Shown here piece after piece: positions 60,791 through 64,000 of a stretch of 64,000 bases of DNA. Positions within the stretch are counted from its first letter, which is position 1. Each line of letters starts with the position of its first letter. The notes beneath the pieces are model-generated. The model saw only the letters and a program-made list of their open reading frames with translations. It did no database searches and was not told the origin of the DNA. The DNA lies in the NCBI RefSeq assembly GCF_009914755.1, contig NC_060935.1; one strand, given 5' to 3'. The stretch is from the human T2T-CHM13v2.0 reference genome, Homo sapiens. Made by a program: the position numbers and the translations under genes.

Positions 60791-60966
60791 GAACTATTAG
60801 CTGGCCATGGTGGCACACACCTGTAGTCCCAGCTGCTTGGGAGGCTGAGGTGGAAGGATCACCTGAGCTTGCAAAGTTGAAGCTGCTGTGAGCTGTGATC
60901 ACGTCACTGCACTCCAGCCTGAGTGACAGGAGTCAACACCACCCCCCACAAAAAAAATAAATAAAA
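60791..60966 (+). repeat. Host Alu, right arm (AluJ-like), resuming after the SVA composite insertion
   Basis: ATTAGCTGGCCATGGTGGCACACACCTGTAGTCCCAGC...CACTCCAGCCTGAGTGACAG plus A-tail. Confidence 0.85.
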
Positions 60967-61890
60967 TGAAATGAACAAAGCTTCTGAGAAAATTGGCTTT
61001 ATGTGAAACGTCCAAACCTACAAGTTATAGGTTGATTCAGAGAGAGAAGAAGAAAATATATGGAAAACCTGTTTGAAAGAGTAATTCAAGAAAACTTCCC
61101 TGGTCATGTTAGATGCCTAGACACCCAGATACAAGAAGTTCAGAGAACTCCTGGAAGATGCATTACAAGAAGAATCTCACCAAGGCATATAGTCATCAGA
61201 CTATTCAAAGTCAACATGAAGGAAAAAATTCTAAAAGCTTCAAGAGAGAAGTGTCTAATCCCCTATGAAGGAAATCCCATCAGACTAAAAATGACTTCTC
61301 AGCAGAAACCTTACAAACCAGAAAAGTTTGGGGTTCTATTTCCAGTCTTCTTAAAGAAAAAAATGCCAGCCAAGAATTTTGTATCCTGCTAAACTAAGCT
61401 TCATAAATGAAGGAGAAATAAAACGTTTCCTAGACAAGCAAACACTAGGGGAATTTTTCACCACTAGACTGCCCCTACAATAAATGCTCAAAGGAATTCT
61501 AAACATGGAAACAAAAGGGCAATATTCATCATCATAAAAACACATGAAAGTATAAAACTCACAGGTCTTATAAAGCAATTATACAATCGAGACTGCAAAG
61601 CAATGAGGTAACAATATTATAACAAGAACAAACCTCACATAGCAATACTAACCTTAAACATAAATGGAGTAAATACTCCTAAAAGATACAGGCTGGTGGA
61701 ATGGATTTAAAAACAAGATCCAACCACATGCTGCATACAAAAAACCCACCTCGCTGATAAAGACATTTACAAAGTAAAGGACTGGAAAAAAATATTCCAT
61801 GCAAACAGAAACCAAAAGCAAGCAAGAGCAGCTATACTTATATCAGATAAAACAGACTTTAAATCAATAACAGTAAATAAAGCAAACAAA
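60967..61890 (+). mobile_element. Old L1 (L1PB/L1MA-like): decayed ORF1 C-terminal half and start of ORF2 endonuclease
   Basis: ORF 61060..61392 ENLFERVIQENFP...QIQEVQRTP...PRHIVIRL...KEKILKASREK is ORF1p-like; 61630-61870 resembles the endonuclease motifs TLN.NG.N, EWI.KQDP, CC.Q.TH; frameshifted. Confidence 0.88.
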
Positions 61891-62236
61891 TTGAGACCTA
61901 TTTTATCATAGACGGTAACTCTTGCTTTCCAGAAATTAATTCCACAGTATTAAGAGTTGTAGGACTGAAAATGACTCAGAGCTTACCTCATCTAGTCTCT
62001 TTGTTGCATAGATGAGGAAACTGAGACCTGGGAAGGTTAAGAAATTGCTTGAGGTAACAGTTATTACTGAACCATAAATTAACACTAGGTTCCCGAAAAC
62101 AAGGATTAAGAAAAAAATCATACATTGTTTTAAAATTAATGTCCTGCCTTAAAATCCATCTTCCAGTGATTAATTTCCACTAACATGAAAATATATATAT
62201 ATATATGTATTGCTTAAAAATATGTAAAAATATACA

Positions 62237-62540
62237 TTTTTTTTCTTTTTTCAAATGTCTTTAGAGTCAGGATCTTGCTCTGTCACCCAGGCTGGAGTGG
62301 GTGGCATGATGGTAGCTTACTGCAGTCTCAAACTCCTGGGCTCAAGTGATCATCCTGCCTCAGCCTCCTGAGTAGCTAGTATAGATGCAGTGCCACCATG
62401 CTAGACTATTATTCTCTATTCTATTCTATTCTATTCTATTCTTTTTAGAGATGGGGTCTTGCTATGTTTCCCAGGCTGGTCTCAAACTACTGTACTCAGG
62501 CAATCCTCCCGCCTTGGCCCCCCAAAGCACTGGAATTATA
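62237..62540 (-). repeat. AluJ with (CTATT)n microsatellite in its linker
   Basis: antisense Alu; CTATT repeats 62415-62440. Confidence 0.85.
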
Positions 62541-62639
62541 GGCATGAGCCACCCAGACTCAAAAAATATATTTTAGAGCTTGGAATATCTGTGTGCAGCC
62601 AAGAGACCTCATGTGGAAATCCAGTATCAGTGGCCTGGA

Positions 62640-62898
62640 TTTGAGTGGCATATAAAATATACAAAGGGGAGAGAGCCATATGAAGACAGAGGCGGAGATT
62701 GGAGTGATGCCTCTATAGGCCAGGAATGCCAAGAATTGCTGGCAGCCATCAGAAGCAAAGAGAGGTATGGAATGGAACCAACTCTGTAAACACTTTGATT
62801 TTCGACTTCTTGTCTCTGGAAATGTAAGAGAATACATTTCTGTTGTTTTATACTACTGTTGTGGTAATTTGTTATAGCAGCCACAGCAAGTGAATACA
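62640..62898 (+). mobile_element. MLT1C/D-like LTR, 3' part
   Basis: GAAGACAGAGGCGGAGATTGGAGTGATGC...GTGGTAATTTGTTATAGCAGCCACAG...AATACA. Confidence 0.7.
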
Positions 62899-62939
62899 GA
62901 ATCTGTATTAGTTTAGTGGCTTTGATTTACTACAAATCC

Positions 62940-63545
62940 AATTAGTCAACAGCATGGAAAAGCTATCACAAGGGCCACTAGGACCTTGGGACTCACTTAA
63001 TAATAGTATAGAGTCCAAAACAAGGGGGTAAAATGTTATTCAATTTTAAACTGATCAGACTCCACCCAATTATGTGTTCACTTCTAGGAATCACACCTGC
63101 AGGCCAGAGGAGAAAGCTGGAGGAAGTCCAGGAGAGACAGGCCAGGGCTGTGAAGGGCTAAGTGGGTTAACACCACCACATCACTGAAGCAACTGGAGTT
63201 TTCAGGTTTCAAAAAACTCAGGGGACACAACTGCTGTCTTCATCACTAAAGGATTATCAAGACGGGAAGTAATCTAATTTGTTCCCTGAGGTTCAACATG
63301 ATTGAACTAGGATCAGTGGGTGGAGTCACTGGGAAGCATATTTTTCAAGGAACTGAGTGTCAACAATGTCACAGAGTCTCTGAACATCACACTGGCCAAC
63401 TGCCTTCCATTGGTGGAAGTTTTCAAGCCTGGGCCAAATAAATCATCTGGCAAGGATGTTGGTAATGGAAGAATGCAAACCCCAAGCATGCAATCTGCCA
63501 AGATGACCTTATGCTCCTCACGAGCTCTGTGAATCTATGAATCCA
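62940..63545 (+). repeat. L3/CR1 LINE remnant
   Basis: TGATCAGACTCCACC...TGTGTTCACTTCTAGG and CCTTCCATTGGTGGAAGTTTTCAAGC resemble the CR1 3' region. Confidence 0.45.
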
Positions 63546-63751
63546 TAAAATGCATCATTTGACAACTATGTGAGTCAAGAGATATCTGAAACATGTGGGT
63601 AGGATATGGAGATCCTGAGCATGAAGAAATATGTATGGTGGGAAAAGAGCACCAAGGCCCAGTACAGAGCAATGGCTAAAAACTTATAGCCAACTCCCAG
63701 AAGCCTAGCAGCAAGAGTAGGTGGTCACAGCCATGCAGGAGAGGTTGTTTT

Positions 63752-63998
<247 letters not shown>

Positions 63999-64000
63999 TT

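Noticed and set aside
61060-61392. ORF1p-like 110-aa ORF as a functional gene
   Set aside because: Fragment of a decayed, frameshifted, interrupted L1.

Overview
Repeat-rich hominid (very probably human) genomic DNA from the interior of PLEKHA7, transcribed on the minus strand. Six coding exons can be rebuilt from GT-AG boundaries: 84, 112, 105, 73, 101 and 176 nt, probably exons 4-9. They splice in frame and encode the end of the second WW domain, a linker and the whole PH domain; both gene ends lie outside the window. The rest is intron: about 40 Alu/FLAM copies, MIR/L2/L1/L3 relics, MaLR LTRs, hAT and Tigger DNA transposons, and a tailless 7SK retrocopy. Nearly all ORF-track entries are repeat-derived or chance. 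The most unusual region is 58.4-61.9 kb, where an old L1 contains an Alu that contains an SVA. The SVA carries what looks like a serial 3' transduction with three poly(A) tails, ending at the poly(A) site of a HERV-H LTR7-type LTR that lacks U5. Its SINE-R start also shows a dense cluster of A>G changes with an ADAR-like neighbour preference, possibly RNA editing fixed into DNA. Other observations are an in-frame internal 3' splice site behind the PH-loop insertion in the 176-nt exon and an old ~240-bp local duplication with one nearly identical end. Repeat-family calls and consensus comparisons are from memory, and repeat boundaries are approximate.
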